Assembly: GCA_965217775.1 (NCBI GenBank)
Contig: CBDCJH010000002.1
Coordinates: forward strand, 896,001 to 960,000
DNA length: 64,000 nt
Direction: 5' to 3'
From: Acidobacteriota bacterium
GTDB lineage: Bacteria; Acidobacteriota; UBA6911; RPQK01; JAJDTT01
Shown piece after piece: positions 51,927 to 60,893 of this stretch. The notes beneath the pieces are model-generated. The model was not told the DNA's origin, did not search any database, and was given only the letters and a program-made list of their open reading frames with translations. A program made the translations under genes and the position numbers. Numbering within the stretch: the stretch's first letter is position 1; every line of letters starts with the position of its first letter.

Positions 51927-52107
51927 TCTTCTCCGACCATTTGTGATTCACCGTAGTCCTGGCCTGGACCACGCTTGCCAGAATCGGGAGTTGATCACCC
52001 GATGGCGGGTCGCGGCGCGCCTGCGGCGACCGCAGGCGTCGCCTATTCCAGACGAAGACAAACGGCCGCGTCGGCCCGACCCTGCCCGGGGTTGTCACCG
52101 AGGCTCG

Positions 52108-53988
52108 TCAGTTCGAGCCCGAACCGGAGTAGTAGCCTTGTCGCGTGCGGGTCACCAGGTCCGGACGATCCCGGATCTCGATCCGGATGGAGCGCCAGGA
52201 CCGGTTCCGTTGCGGCTGGGGGACCGTGTAGGCGAGCAGATAGCGCACCCGCAGATCGTTCGCGATCTCCGAGAAGATGTCAGCCAGCTCCTGGACCCGG
52301 CGGGGCGAGTAGAATCGGGCGCCCGTCTGGTCGGCGATGCTGGCAAGCTGCCTGCGCGCTTGAAGGTAGACGTTCCGGTCCTGTTGCTTGATCGAAATGG
52401 TCGGACGCCTGCTCCGTGGAATTTTCTGAAGAAGGCGTCCCGCCATTCCGCGCGGCCTCCGGCCCACGTTGTTCCGGTGGTCCAGGAAGATGGGGTAGAT
52501 CAAGGAATCCGACTCCCGGATCTCCCCGAACAGTTGCCGGAACGTGGTGCGGGAACCCTCGGTGCGGTTACCGGTGAGCTGGTTGTCGACGCCATCGGTA
52601 AAGACCACGATGGCTTGACGCGCGTGGGTTTCGTCCGAGTATTCGTTCAGCGAGTCCATGAGGGCGTCGTAAAGTGCCGTCCCGCCGCCGGAGTAGATCC
52701 CGTCGATGGCGGTACGGACCTTCTCCCGATCGCTGGTGAAGGGAAGAATCAGCCAACTGCGGGAGTTGAAGGTGGCCACCGCGATCTGGTCGTTGGTTCT
52801 GATCTCCCGGGAGAAATCGGCCGAGGCCCTTCGGAGCAGGTCCAGATGGGGCCGGGTGCTTCCGCTCACGTCCAGCAGCAGAAGCACTCGAAACGGCGCC
52901 TCGGTAGGTTCGAACTTCTCGACGGTCTGGAGCACGTCATCCTCGTAGACCAGGAAGTCGTCCCGCGTCAGGTTCGAGACCCTCCGGTTGTTCCTCGGGT
53001 CCCGAACCGAGACGTTCAGGTAGACCCAGTTCACCAGGACCTTGAGAGCGTAGCCGGAACCGGAAGCCGGCTTGGGATCGGATTCCGAGTCACCGGATTG
53101 CTCTTTCTCGGACCAGACGCGGGTCGGCGCGTTCTCTGGAACCGGCGGCGGAACGTCCGGTTCCTGTTTCGCCTCCGGGACCTGGGAAATGGGTTGGACT
53201 CCAGTCGGGGGAAGCACTCGTTCGGCCGGCACCCGGTCGACTCTTTCCGGCCGGGTGCGAATGCTGTCGGGCCGGAAGATTTTGCAGAGCACGTTGCCGC
53301 TGAGACTGCTGGCGTAGAGAAGCGGTCCTCCGACGCCCAGGTTCCTCTGCAGGGATCCGTTACGCAGCTCCACGTCCCCGTTCCACGAGAGCGTGCCACC
53401 GGCTCGGATCCATCCACGAAGATCCAGGTCCGGGCTCAGTTGGCAGGTTATTTTTCCCCCGAACGACTCCAGACGGATGTCGCCTTGGGGTTGGGTTCCG
53501 GTCCGAAAGAGGATGTCTCCGCTCTGGCTGCGAAGAGACACGGAAGAGGTCACGTCCTCCGAGGTCAGCAGTCCGGAGAGTGTCCAGGCCTGCACCGGAC
53601 CTTCCAACCCGTGGAGTTCGATGGCACTATGGGTTCCCCACACCAGGATGCCGAGCGAGCGTGGAGCATGAATCTCCAGGTAGGCGGATTCGGACACGTG
53701 ATCGTCAAATCGAACCGAGATCCGGGTCTGTTCCGGGCCTTCCCGGGTCTTGAGGGTGATCTTGTCCAAACGATTCGGATCGGAAGCCAGCTTCCGAAAC
53801 TGGAGCCTGACCCGGTCGCCGTCCCATCCTCGGATGAACGTCCGCCCGAAGTCGTTGTGTACCTGGAGAGTTCCACCCGGCGCCACCGACAGCAGTTGCT
53901 CCCCGGTGGATTCGGATGCCCAGGAGGCGGGAGTCAGGAGTAGAGTGACGATAAGGAGTGGAATTGGAGTGCCTGAGATTTGTCGCAA
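52108..53988 (-). CDS. VWA domain protein with N-terminal adhesin-like (DUF4097-like) beta region
   Basis: Signal peptide; LLLDVSGST, GGTALYDA, VFTDGVDN. Confidence 0.85.
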   Translation of the reverse strand: MRQISGTPIPLLIVTLLLTPASWASESTGEQLLSVAPGGTLQVHNDFGRTFIRGWDGDRVRLQFRKLASDPNRLDKITLKTREGPEQTRISVRFDDHVSESAYLEIHAPRSLGILVWGTHSAIELHGLEGPVQAWTLSGLLTSEDVTSSVSLRSQSGDILFRTGTQPQGDIRLESFGGKITCQLSPDLDLRGWIRAGGTLSWNGDVELRNGSLQRNLGVGGPLLYASSLSGNVLCKIFRPDSIRTRPERVDRVPAERVLPPTGVQPISQVPEAKQEPDVPPPVPENAPTRVWSEKEQSGDSESDPKPASGSGYALKVLVNWVYLNVSVRDPRNNRRVSNLTRDDFLVYEDDVLQTVEKFEPTEAPFRVLLLLDVSGSTRPHLDLLRRASADFSREIRTNDQIAVATFNSRSWLILPFTSDREKVRTAIDGIYSGGGTALYDALMDSLNEYSDETHARQAIVVFTDGVDNQLTGNRTEGSRTTFRQLFGEIRESDSLIYPIFLDHRNNVGRRPRGMAGRLLQKIPRSRRPTISIKQQDRNVYLQARRQLASIADQTGARFYSPRRVQELADIFSEIANDLRVRYLLAYTVPQPQRNRSWRSIRIEIRDRPDLVTRTRQGYYSGSGSN

Positions 53989-54082
53989 CCTTTCGTCTTC
54001 CTGATTCCATCTAACTAGACGAGGGGACCGCGAATTGGGTTCAGCGGAAGGTGGATTTGGTTACCGGTTAGAATTCCGGATC

Positions 54083-54943
54083 ATGGGGAGCTGGCGTATG
54101 TGGAAGAGGCGCGGAGTGTTTCTGGGACTGATGGTCTGGGCCCTCGCCGGAGGTTCCATCGTTGCTGAGGGGTCCCGGTACTTTCTCTATCTGTCCGATC
54201 AACGTGTCGTGACGGTGGAGTTGCTGGACCCCGCGATGGCGATCCTCAATTTCATCAACCTGGGAGACAGCTTCGAAGCGGTGCGGGCTTACGAGCTGGT
54301 GCTGGTGGACGCCAGTGGCCGAACCGGCCGGGGACACCTGATCGTCCGGGAGGATCCGCCCAGCCCGAGAGAGGTCTACCAGGTGAGCGGTCTGATCAAG
54401 CCCCGCTCCTTCCTGGGCTACAACATCGCGGGGCGGTATCAGTTCGCGACGCCTCCCGAAACGTGCTACCTCAAGGTGGGCGGACGCATTTTGGAACTGG
54501 AGCCCCTGAACGAGGAACAGTTCGACCAGTTGGCCTCCATGGTGTCCGAGCTGGATCTGGAGGCGGCCAATTCGGCCGCCATGGTGCGGGACGTCGGGTT
54601 CAACCGCGGGTATGGCGTTCTTCACAAGGCGTCGGAGGTCGACGCCCGGCTCCGCGGATATTTTCCGGACGAAGCAGTCATTCCCACCGTTCTGGTGGAG
54701 GGTTCCGAACCGCAACTGCCGAGCGATGCCTCCCATCTGAAGGATCCGGTGGTGGTGGTCGTCAGCATCTCCGTTAGTCCATGGGGAGGTGTCTTCGATC
54801 TGGAAGTGGTCGAGAGCGTCGACGAGAAGCTGGACCAGATGGCCCTCGACACGGTCCGCAACTCCTGGCGCTTCCTGCCGGCCATCTCCAAGGGAGAAAT
54901 CGTCGGCAGCGAGCTGACGCTGAACGTCCGGTTCAGAAGGTAG
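54083..54943 (+). CDS. Secreted protein with TonB C-terminal domain
   Basis: Signal peptide; C-term VVES..KLDQMALDTV...WRFLPA...G. Confidence 0.75.
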   Translation: MGSWRMWKRRGVFLGLMVWALAGGSIVAEGSRYFLYLSDQRVVTVELLDPAMAILNFINLGDSFEAVRAYELVLVDASGRTGRGHLIVREDPPSPREVYQVSGLIKPRSFLGYNIAGRYQFATPPETCYLKVGGRILELEPLNEEQFDQLASMVSELDLEAANSAAMVRDVGFNRGYGVLHKASEVDARLRGYFPDEAVIPTVLVEGSEPQLPSDASHLKDPVVVVVSISVSPWGGVFDLEVVESVDEKLDQMALDTVRNSWRFLPAISKGEIVGSELTLNVRFRR

Positions 54944-55066
54944 TAGGGGTGGCTGTTTCAGTCGGTATCGGCCCAGCCTCAATCCTTGGACCAGCAGGCA
55001 TCAGGTCGGACAACACCGGATATCCGTAGGGGCACCCCTTGTGTGTGTGGGTGGGTGCCCTCTTAC

Positions 55067-55224
55067 CAGCCCGTGGCAAAAGTCATCACGGCATTCGACC
55101 GTCCCTGCATCCCGGCGGACGGCGTTGCGATTCGGGCACATACTCCCGGTATGCACCCGAATCGCGCCTTGTCCGGCGGGCGCAGGAACGGTCTCGGTGC
55201 TCGCGGGACTTTCACCACGGACTG
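55067..55224 (+). mobile_element. 158-bp MITE copy 1
   Basis: TIRs cagcccgtggcaaaagtc / gactttcaccacggactg; TSD ttac. Confidence 0.92.
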
Positions 55225-55243
55225 TTACCTCCGAAGGGAGCCA

Positions 55244-56206
55244 TCACCCTTGGTACGGCGAAAGGGTCGGCCAAGCCCCGCGAACGCGGCCGTGGTGGCG
55301 TGTCAGCCGGGGGAAGTCGGGCGAGTTCGGATCCGGCCTCCGAGGCCGTAGATCCGGTCCGAGATAGAGACAGCCGACCTCCTCAGGAGGGAGCTTGCTC
55401 ACGGTCGCTCCGGCCGAATCCACCGCCGCGATCCAGCGCAGCTTCAGCATCCTGAGATCAAGCGGTTCCCTCAAACTGAGGTGATCGAGATCCGTCTGAC
55501 GATAGGCGACGTGCCGTCCCATCTGATCCAGCAGAAACTCCGGCGTGAAGCCGGGGTCTTTGCCGCTGGCCGCCCATACCAGACCGCCGAGCGAAAGATA
55601 CGTGTCGTGCAGGTGCAACACATCCACGAAGTCACGGATCTCACTGCGTCCCGCCAAGGCCAGGACCTTGTTGGTCGCAGCGTCGGCGTCGTGTAGCCGA
55701 TAACCGCAGAGGTCGTCCTTTTGGACCGGAAAAAAGCGGAAGGCGCTGTCGTAGGCCCATTCCATCTTCAGATGCTGATCCGCAATTACTACAATAGCTC
55801 GTTGGAACGTCGGGGTGCGCAGTAACCATGAGAACACGTATCCGGCATGCCGAAGCGATTTAGCATCCGCCGCCGCGCTCTGGGCGATGCTGTCGTCCAG
55901 GTCGTGGAACAGATCGATATCTTCCGAGAAACGTGGCGAATCGGCATCTCGATGTAGCAGTCCGTGGTGAAAGTCCCGCGAGCACCGAGACCGTTCCTGC
56001 GCCCGCCGGACAAGGCGCGATTCGGGTGCATACCGGGAGTATGTGCCCGAATCGCAACGCCGTCCGCCGGGATGCAGGGACGGTCGAATGCCGTGATGAC
56101 TTTTGCCACGGGCTGGTAGGACCGTAGCGCCCGCAACGTAGCTTTCCGGACTGCGATTGGCGGCGATCTGGCGCAGAATTTCGGCTTGTGAAGAGGTTAG
56201 CGGCAT
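55244..56206 (-). CDS. AbiEii/AbiGii-like nucleotidyltransferase toxin carrying an in-frame 54-aa MITE insert
   Basis: YVAGATVL[insert]HRDADSPRFSEDIDLFHD; ATNKVLALAGRSEIRDFVD. Confidence 0.8.
   Translation of the reverse strand: MPLTSSQAEILRQIAANRSPESYVAGATVLPARGKSHHGIRPSLHPGGRRCDSGTYSRYAPESRLVRRAQERSRCSRDFHHGLLHRDADSPRFSEDIDLFHDLDDSIAQSAAADAKSLRHAGYVFSWLLRTPTFQRAIVVIADQHLKMEWAYDSAFRFFPVQKDDLCGYRLHDADAATNKVLALAGRSEIRDFVDVLHLHDTYLSLGGLVWAASGKDPGFTPEFLLDQMGRHVAYRQTDLDHLSLREPLDLRMLKLRWIAAVDSAGATVSKLPPEEVGCLYLGPDLRPRRPDPNSPDFPRLTRHHGRVRGAWPTLSPYQG
55958..56115 (-). mobile_element. 158-bp MITE copy 2 (intragenic)
   Basis: Reverse-complement copy; TSD gtag on both sides. Confidence 0.93.
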
Positions 56207-56445
56207 AGCTTCGCGGCTAGCAGAAATCCGGAATGGCCGCCGTTCTTTCTCAGACCATCGACAATCATTGGCAGGTCTGCGAGCGTTATTTCCAGGTCAG
56301 CGCGCAGGTACCAGAAACACTGCCCATGGAAACGCCGAAATGCCCACCTCGCGGTGCGCAAACGAGCCTCATCGGTCAGATCGGACGATGTCCCGGATGA
56401 TTGCTCTTGAGGGGAAACGCGCCCTTGCGCCACATCGGTCTGCAT
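56197..56445 (-). CDS. Small protein overlapping the toxin start; putative antitoxin
   Basis: AFRRFHGQCFW...L....GG; 10-bp overlap with the downstream gene. Confidence 0.65.
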   Translation of the reverse strand: MQTDVAQGRVSPQEQSSGTSSDLTDEARLRTARWAFRRFHGQCFWYLRADLEITLADLPMIVDGLRKNGGHSGFLLAAKLCR

Positions 56446-56665
56446 GACGAATCTCCTTCGGGCGTTCGCCCGGTTTCCAACGTTTCTCGAAGTTTACCAG
56501 TCCGCGCCATTTGTCGTAGAGCATCGATATCGGTTGGCCCTGGGGGCCTATGCTGTACGATCCGCGACGCGGAATTCTGATTCGCATGTGAGCGTAACCA
56601 AAACCAGGAAAAAGAAAATCCCAGGATGCCGGGACACCTTCATCTTTCTACAGTAACCTGCACCC

Positions 56666-58213
56666 GTGACCAGACGCCGACTGCCCATCGGCATCCAGAC
56701 CTTCCGCAAGATTCGGGAGCAGGATTTCTACTACGTCGACAAGACGATCCATATTCGCCGGCTCCTCGGCCACGGCACGCACTACTTTCTGTCGCGTCCG
56801 CGGCGTTTCGGAAAAAGCCTGTTCCTCGACACCTTGAAGGAGCTGTTCGAGGGCAACGAGCCGCTGTTCGAGGGCCTCGACATCCACGACGGCTGGAACT
56901 GGTCGGTTCGCCATCCGGTGTTGAATCTGAGTTTCGGCCGCGGCAACAACAAAGAGCCGGGCTACGTCGAGGCGAATCTCATGGAGCAACTTGCCGCCGC
57001 CGAGCGTCGCGCGGGCGTCGTCGCCCACTACGCCACGGCGGCCGGACGTTTCTCCTCCCTGATCGAGGCATTGCATCGACAGACTGGCCATCCGGTGGCG
57101 GTGCTCATCGACGAATATGACAAGCCGATTCTGGATGCTCTGGAGGCGCCGGAGATCGCTCGCGCCAATCGCGACTTTCTGCGCGGCCTCTACGCCGTCG
57201 TCAAGGACAGCGACGCGCACATCCGGTTCAGCTTCATTACCGGAGTGAGCAAGTTCTCCAAGGGTAGCCTCTTCTCCGGCCTCAATAATCTCCAGGACAT
57301 CACTTTGGACCGGCGCTACTCTGCCATCTGTGGCTACACCGAGTCGGATCTGGACATGGTGTTCGCACCGGAACTCCCGGGCCTCGACCGCGATGATATC
57401 CGCGACTGGTACAACGGCTACAGTTGGTTCGGCCAGGAAAGGGTCTACAACCCTTTCGACATCCTCCTGCTCTTCGACAGTCGCAGATTCGGCGCCTACT
57501 GGTTCGAAACCGGCACACCCAAGTTCCTGGTCGACACGCTCTTCAAGCGGCAGGTCAGATCCGTGGCGTTGGATGACATGGTGGGGAGCAGCGATCTGCT
57601 GTCGACCTTCGACGTGGACGAAATGGCAACGGAAGCGCTGCTGTTCCAGACCGGTTACCTCACCATCACGGGGACCGAGGACCTTGGCGGAGAGCTACTC
57701 TATCGGTTGGGCTATCCCAACCGGGAGGTGCGGCAGAGCCTGAACCGAAGCCTGTTGCGCCACTTGGTGCGGGACTCGTCGCGTCAGATGGCCAACAGCG
57801 TCCGCCTGTACCGGCTGTTGGAGGCCAACGACTTCGCCGGACTCGAGACGCTGTTCCATGCCTTCTTCGCCAGCATCCCCTACGATTGGTACACGAACAA
57901 CGACATCGCCAACTATGAGGGCTACTACGCGAGCGTCGTCTACTCCTATTTCGCGGCTCTGGGTCTTGACATTACCGTGGAGGACAGCAGCAGCCACGGG
58001 CTCCTGGACATGGCGGTCCGTTTCAAAGGCAACGTCTACCTGTTGGAGTTCAAGGTGGTCGAGTTCGCCCCGGTGGGCGCCGCGATGGCGCAATTGAAGG
58101 CGAAGCGGTACGCGGACAAGTACCGTGGGTCAGGACAACCGATCTATCTGATCGCCGTGGAGTTCAGCCAGGAGTCCCGCAACCTGGTGGCGTTCGAGGT
58201 GGAGCGCGCTTGA
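56666..58213 (+). CDS. AAA-ATPase-like protein with C-terminal PD-(D/E)XK nuclease domain
   Basis: LPIGIQTF, YYVDKT, SRPRRFGKS Walker A, LIDEYDKP Walker B, D..V....YLLEFK. Confidence 0.92.
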   Translation: MTRRRLPIGIQTFRKIREQDFYYVDKTIHIRRLLGHGTHYFLSRPRRFGKSLFLDTLKELFEGNEPLFEGLDIHDGWNWSVRHPVLNLSFGRGNNKEPGYVEANLMEQLAAAERRAGVVAHYATAAGRFSSLIEALHRQTGHPVAVLIDEYDKPILDALEAPEIARANRDFLRGLYAVVKDSDAHIRFSFITGVSKFSKGSLFSGLNNLQDITLDRRYSAICGYTESDLDMVFAPELPGLDRDDIRDWYNGYSWFGQERVYNPFDILLLFDSRRFGAYWFETGTPKFLVDTLFKRQVRSVALDDMVGSSDLLSTFDVDEMATEALLFQTGYLTITGTEDLGGELLYRLGYPNREVRQSLNRSLLRHLVRDSSRQMANSVRLYRLLEANDFAGLETLFHAFFASIPYDWYTNNDIANYEGYYASVVYSYFAALGLDITVEDSSSHGLLDMAVRFKGNVYLLEFKVVEFAPVGAAMAQLKAKRYADKYRGSGQPIYLIAVEFSQESRNLVAFEVERA

Positions 58214-58372
58214 CAGCCCGTGGCAAAAGTCGTCGCGGCATTCGACCGTCCCTGCATCCCGGCGGACTGTGTTGCGATTCGGCTCACATACTCCCGGTAT
58301 GCTCCCGAATCGCGCCTTGTCCGGCGGGCGCAGGAACGGTCTCGGTGCTCGCGAGACTTTCACCACGGACTG
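58214..58372 (+). mobile_element. 159-bp MITE copy 3 (diverged)
   Basis: Same TIRs; TSD ttga, which includes the stop codon of the ATPase gene. Confidence 0.9.
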
Positions 58373-58418
58373 TTGACGGCGCGAGATCCTCCGCGGCGCG
58401 CTGCCAAATGGAGGGAAC

Positions 58419-59000
58419 ATGCCGATCTATGATGAATTCGAAGTGTCCCTGCGTTACATCGAACCACGCATCTGGCGGCGCTTCCAGATCGAGAGAAGAG
58501 CGACCTTCGCCCACCTCCACGTAGCGATTCAAGTCGGCTTCGGCTGGGAGCATGCTCACCTGTGGGAATTTCGCACCCGCGCCCGTCGCGGGCGGGCGCT
58601 GGCAGGCCCGGCGATGGACGACGTCTGGAGCCTGCGCGAACCGCCGCCCGATGCGGAATCGACCAAGCTGGCGGGGTTCTTCGGCCCTCGCAAGCACCGG
58701 AGATGCGTCTATGTGTACGATTTCGGCGACTTCTGGGTCCACGACGTGTTGTTCCGGCGGCGCTTCGCGTCCCAGGCGCGGTTCCATCGACGACTGATCG
58801 CCGGCGAGCGCTCCGGTCCACTGGAAGACTGCGGCGGCGTCCCCGGCTACGAACGGCTTGTTGAGTTCTTGCAGACGGGAGTCGATCCCTGGGAGGAAGA
58901 CCCCGCGGTGCTCAAGGAATGGTACGGCCACTGGGACCCGGAGGCGTTCGACCTCGAAACTGCCAGGATGCGCTTTGTCTGGCCCGGCCGCAGCACCTGA
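58419..59000 (+). CDS. Plasmid pRiA4b ORF-3 family protein, copy 1
   Basis: PRIWRRF, LHVAIQ.GFGW...HLWEF, YVYDFGDFW.H, P.EDCGGVPGY. Confidence 0.9.
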   Translation: MPIYDEFEVSLRYIEPRIWRRFQIERRATFAHLHVAIQVGFGWEHAHLWEFRTRARRGRALAGPAMDDVWSLREPPPDAESTKLAGFFGPRKHRRCVYVYDFGDFWVHDVLFRRRFASQARFHRRLIAGERSGPLEDCGGVPGYERLVEFLQTGVDPWEEDPAVLKEWYGHWDPEAFDLETARMRFVWPGRST

Positions 59001-59044
59001 CGGCAGTCCCGGGAAAGCGCGAGACTGGCGATGGAACTTCTCCG
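58428..59044 (+). repeat. 617-bp direct repeat, copy A
   Basis: Aligns to 60215-60831 at constant offset 1787 with few substitutions. Confidence 0.92.
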
Positions 59045-59164
59045 CGGGACCGAGAAGGGGGACAGTCACTTTCTATCCTCGTGACTGCGGTCGTATCATC
59101 CTCCTTCCCCCTTACAATCCTGGGGGCCTATGGTATCAAGTACGGGACAGGCCTTGAGGAGTAA

Positions 59165-59322
59165 CAGTCCGTGGTGAAAGTCCCGCGAGCACCGAGACCG
59201 TTCCTGCGCCCGCCGGACAAGGCGCGATTCGGGAGCATACCGGGAGTATGTGCCCGAATCGCAACGCCGTCCGCCGGGATGCAGGGACGGTCGAATGCCG
59301 TGATGACTTTTGCCACGGGCTG
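59165..59322 (-). mobile_element. 158-bp MITE copy 4
   Basis: Reverse-complement copy; TSD gtaa. Confidence 0.92.
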
Positions 59323-59403
59323 GTAAGGAAGCTCTACCGAATATCCCGACCGACGGACTGCTCATCGGCGAGGCCGGTCATTATGGATAAGGAGTCTCCA
59401 GCC

Positions 59404-59637
59404 ATGCAAAAGGTGCTGCACCTGAGAACGACAGTGCTGCCCGGAGGCAAAATTGAAATCGTGGACCGCGAACTTCCGGTGGGTGCGTCCGTTGACGTGG
59501 TCGTCCATCCCTTCTCGGTCTCGGCACAGCGGTCCGCCGTTGACATCCTGGACGAAGCGCCGGGCCGGCGCCTCTTCAAGACCGGAGAGGAGGTGGAGTC
59601 GTATCTGGAGGACGAGCGCGCATCGTGGGACCGCTGA
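59404..59637 (+). CDS. Putative antitoxin
   Basis: RBS aaggag; C-term ER.SWD overlapping the PIN gene start. Confidence 0.75.
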   Translation: MQKVLHLRTTVLPGGKIEIVDRELPVGASVDVVVHPFSVSAQRSAVDILDEAPGRRLFKTGEEVESYLEDERASWDR

Positions 59638-60065
59638 CTCTTCCGCCTGACGGGCCAATCTATCTCGATGCCACTGGGTTCATCTATGGCGTGGAGCGCA
59701 TCGAACCCGACCGAGCGTTGCTTGAACCCATGTGGCGGCAGGCTCAGGCTGGGCAGTTCACCATCGTCAGTAGTGACTGGGTAATTCTGGAGACTCTCGT
59801 CAAGCCTCTGCGTGAGGGCGACACGGTTGTCGAGATGCTATTTCGCTCACTACTCGACGCCAATGAGGTGACTCTCATCCCGGCCACCCGCCCACTGTGG
59901 GAAGATGCCGCGCGTCTACGTGCCGAGACGGGCTTGAAGACGCCCGACGCGCTTCACGCGGCTACAGCTCTGTACGCCGAATGTACGCTCTTTGTCACCA
60001 ATGACGCGGACTTTCGACGGTTCGAGGACCTACCTGTCGTTGTCTTGGATGACCTTCTGGAATAA
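59625..60065 (+). CDS. PIN domain (VapC-like) toxin
   Basis: IYLDA..FIY, LETLVKP, LKTPDALHAATA, FVTND. Confidence 0.9.
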   Translation: MGPLTLPPDGPIYLDATGFIYGVERIEPDRALLEPMWRQAQAGQFTIVSSDWVILETLVKPLREGDTVVEMLFRSLLDANEVTLIPATRPLWEDAARLRAETGLKTPDALHAATALYAECTLFVTNDADFRRFEDLPVVVLDDLLE

Positions 60066-60187
60066 GAGGGCCTGTTCGGCGTCCACGTCGGTCACTATCG
60101 CTGCAAATCGAAGCGAAGGGATCCAGGACGGTCGATTCCTGGGACTCCACCGGCACGCGGAATCCATGCTCCCGTCCAGTAGCCGCG

Positions 60188-60787
60188 GTGACCGAGACGT
60201 TGGCGCGCGCCACGTATGATGAATTCGAAGTGTTCCTGCGTTACATCGAACCACGCATCTGGCGGCGCTTCCAGATCGAGAGAAGAGCGACCTTCGCCCA
60301 CCTCCACGTAGCGATGCAAGTCGGCTTCGGCTGGCAGCATGTCCACCTGTGGGAATTTCGCACCAGTGCCCGTCGCGGGCGGGCGCTGGCAGGCCCGGCG
60401 ATGGCCGACGTCTGGAGTCTGTGCGAACCGCCGCCCGATGCGGAATCGACCAAGCTGGCGGGGTTCTTCGGCCCTCGCAAGCACCGGAGATGCGTCTATG
60501 TGTACGATTTCGGCGACTTCTGGGTCCACGACGTGTTGTTCCGGCGGCGCTTCGCGTCCCAGGCGCGGTTCCATCAACGACTGATCGCCGGCGAGCGCTC
60601 CGGTCCACTGGAAGACTGCGGTGGCGTCCCCGGCTACGAACGGCTTGTTGAGTTCTTGCAGACGGGAGTCGATCCCTGGGAGGAAGACCCCGCCGTGCTC
60701 AAGGAATGGTACGGCCACTGGGACCCGGAGGCGTTCGACCTCGAAACTGCCAGGATGCGCTTTGTCTGGCCCGGCCGCAGTACCTGA
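60188..60787 (+). CDS. pRiA4b ORF-3 family protein, copy 2 (native start/RBS replaced)
   Basis: Near-identical to copy 1 from YDEFEV onward; may be untranslated. Confidence 0.7.
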   Translation: MTETLARATYDEFEVFLRYIEPRIWRRFQIERRATFAHLHVAMQVGFGWQHVHLWEFRTSARRGRALAGPAMADVWSLCEPPPDAESTKLAGFFGPRKHRRCVYVYDFGDFWVHDVLFRRRFASQARFHQRLIAGERSGPLEDCGGVPGYERLVEFLQTGVDPWEEDPAVLKEWYGHWDPEAFDLETARMRFVWPGRST

Positions 60788-60831
60788 CGGCAGTCCCGGG
60801 AAAGCGCGAGACCGGCGATGGAACTTCTCCG
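60215..60831 (+). repeat. 617-bp direct repeat, copy B
   Basis: See copy A. Confidence 0.92.
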
Positions 60832-60893
60832 AAACCGGGCCGGGAAGAACGGCCGCTACTACCTGTGGTTGCGGGTTGCGGGGGAGGATTCCT

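Noticed and set aside
54986-55455. Several short ORFs sharing peptides with ORFs near 55800-56130, 58210-58520 and 59096-59365
   Set aside because: They are translations of the MITE copies, not independent genes.
60080-60205. Imperfect long palindrome as an integron attC site
   Set aside because: Lacks RYYYAAC / GTTRRRY ends, and there is no integron integrase or cassette array.
58428-60831. DGR template/variable repeat pair (also considered for 29458-31495)
   Set aside because: Differences are not confined to adenines, the repeats are too long, and no reverse transcriptase is present.
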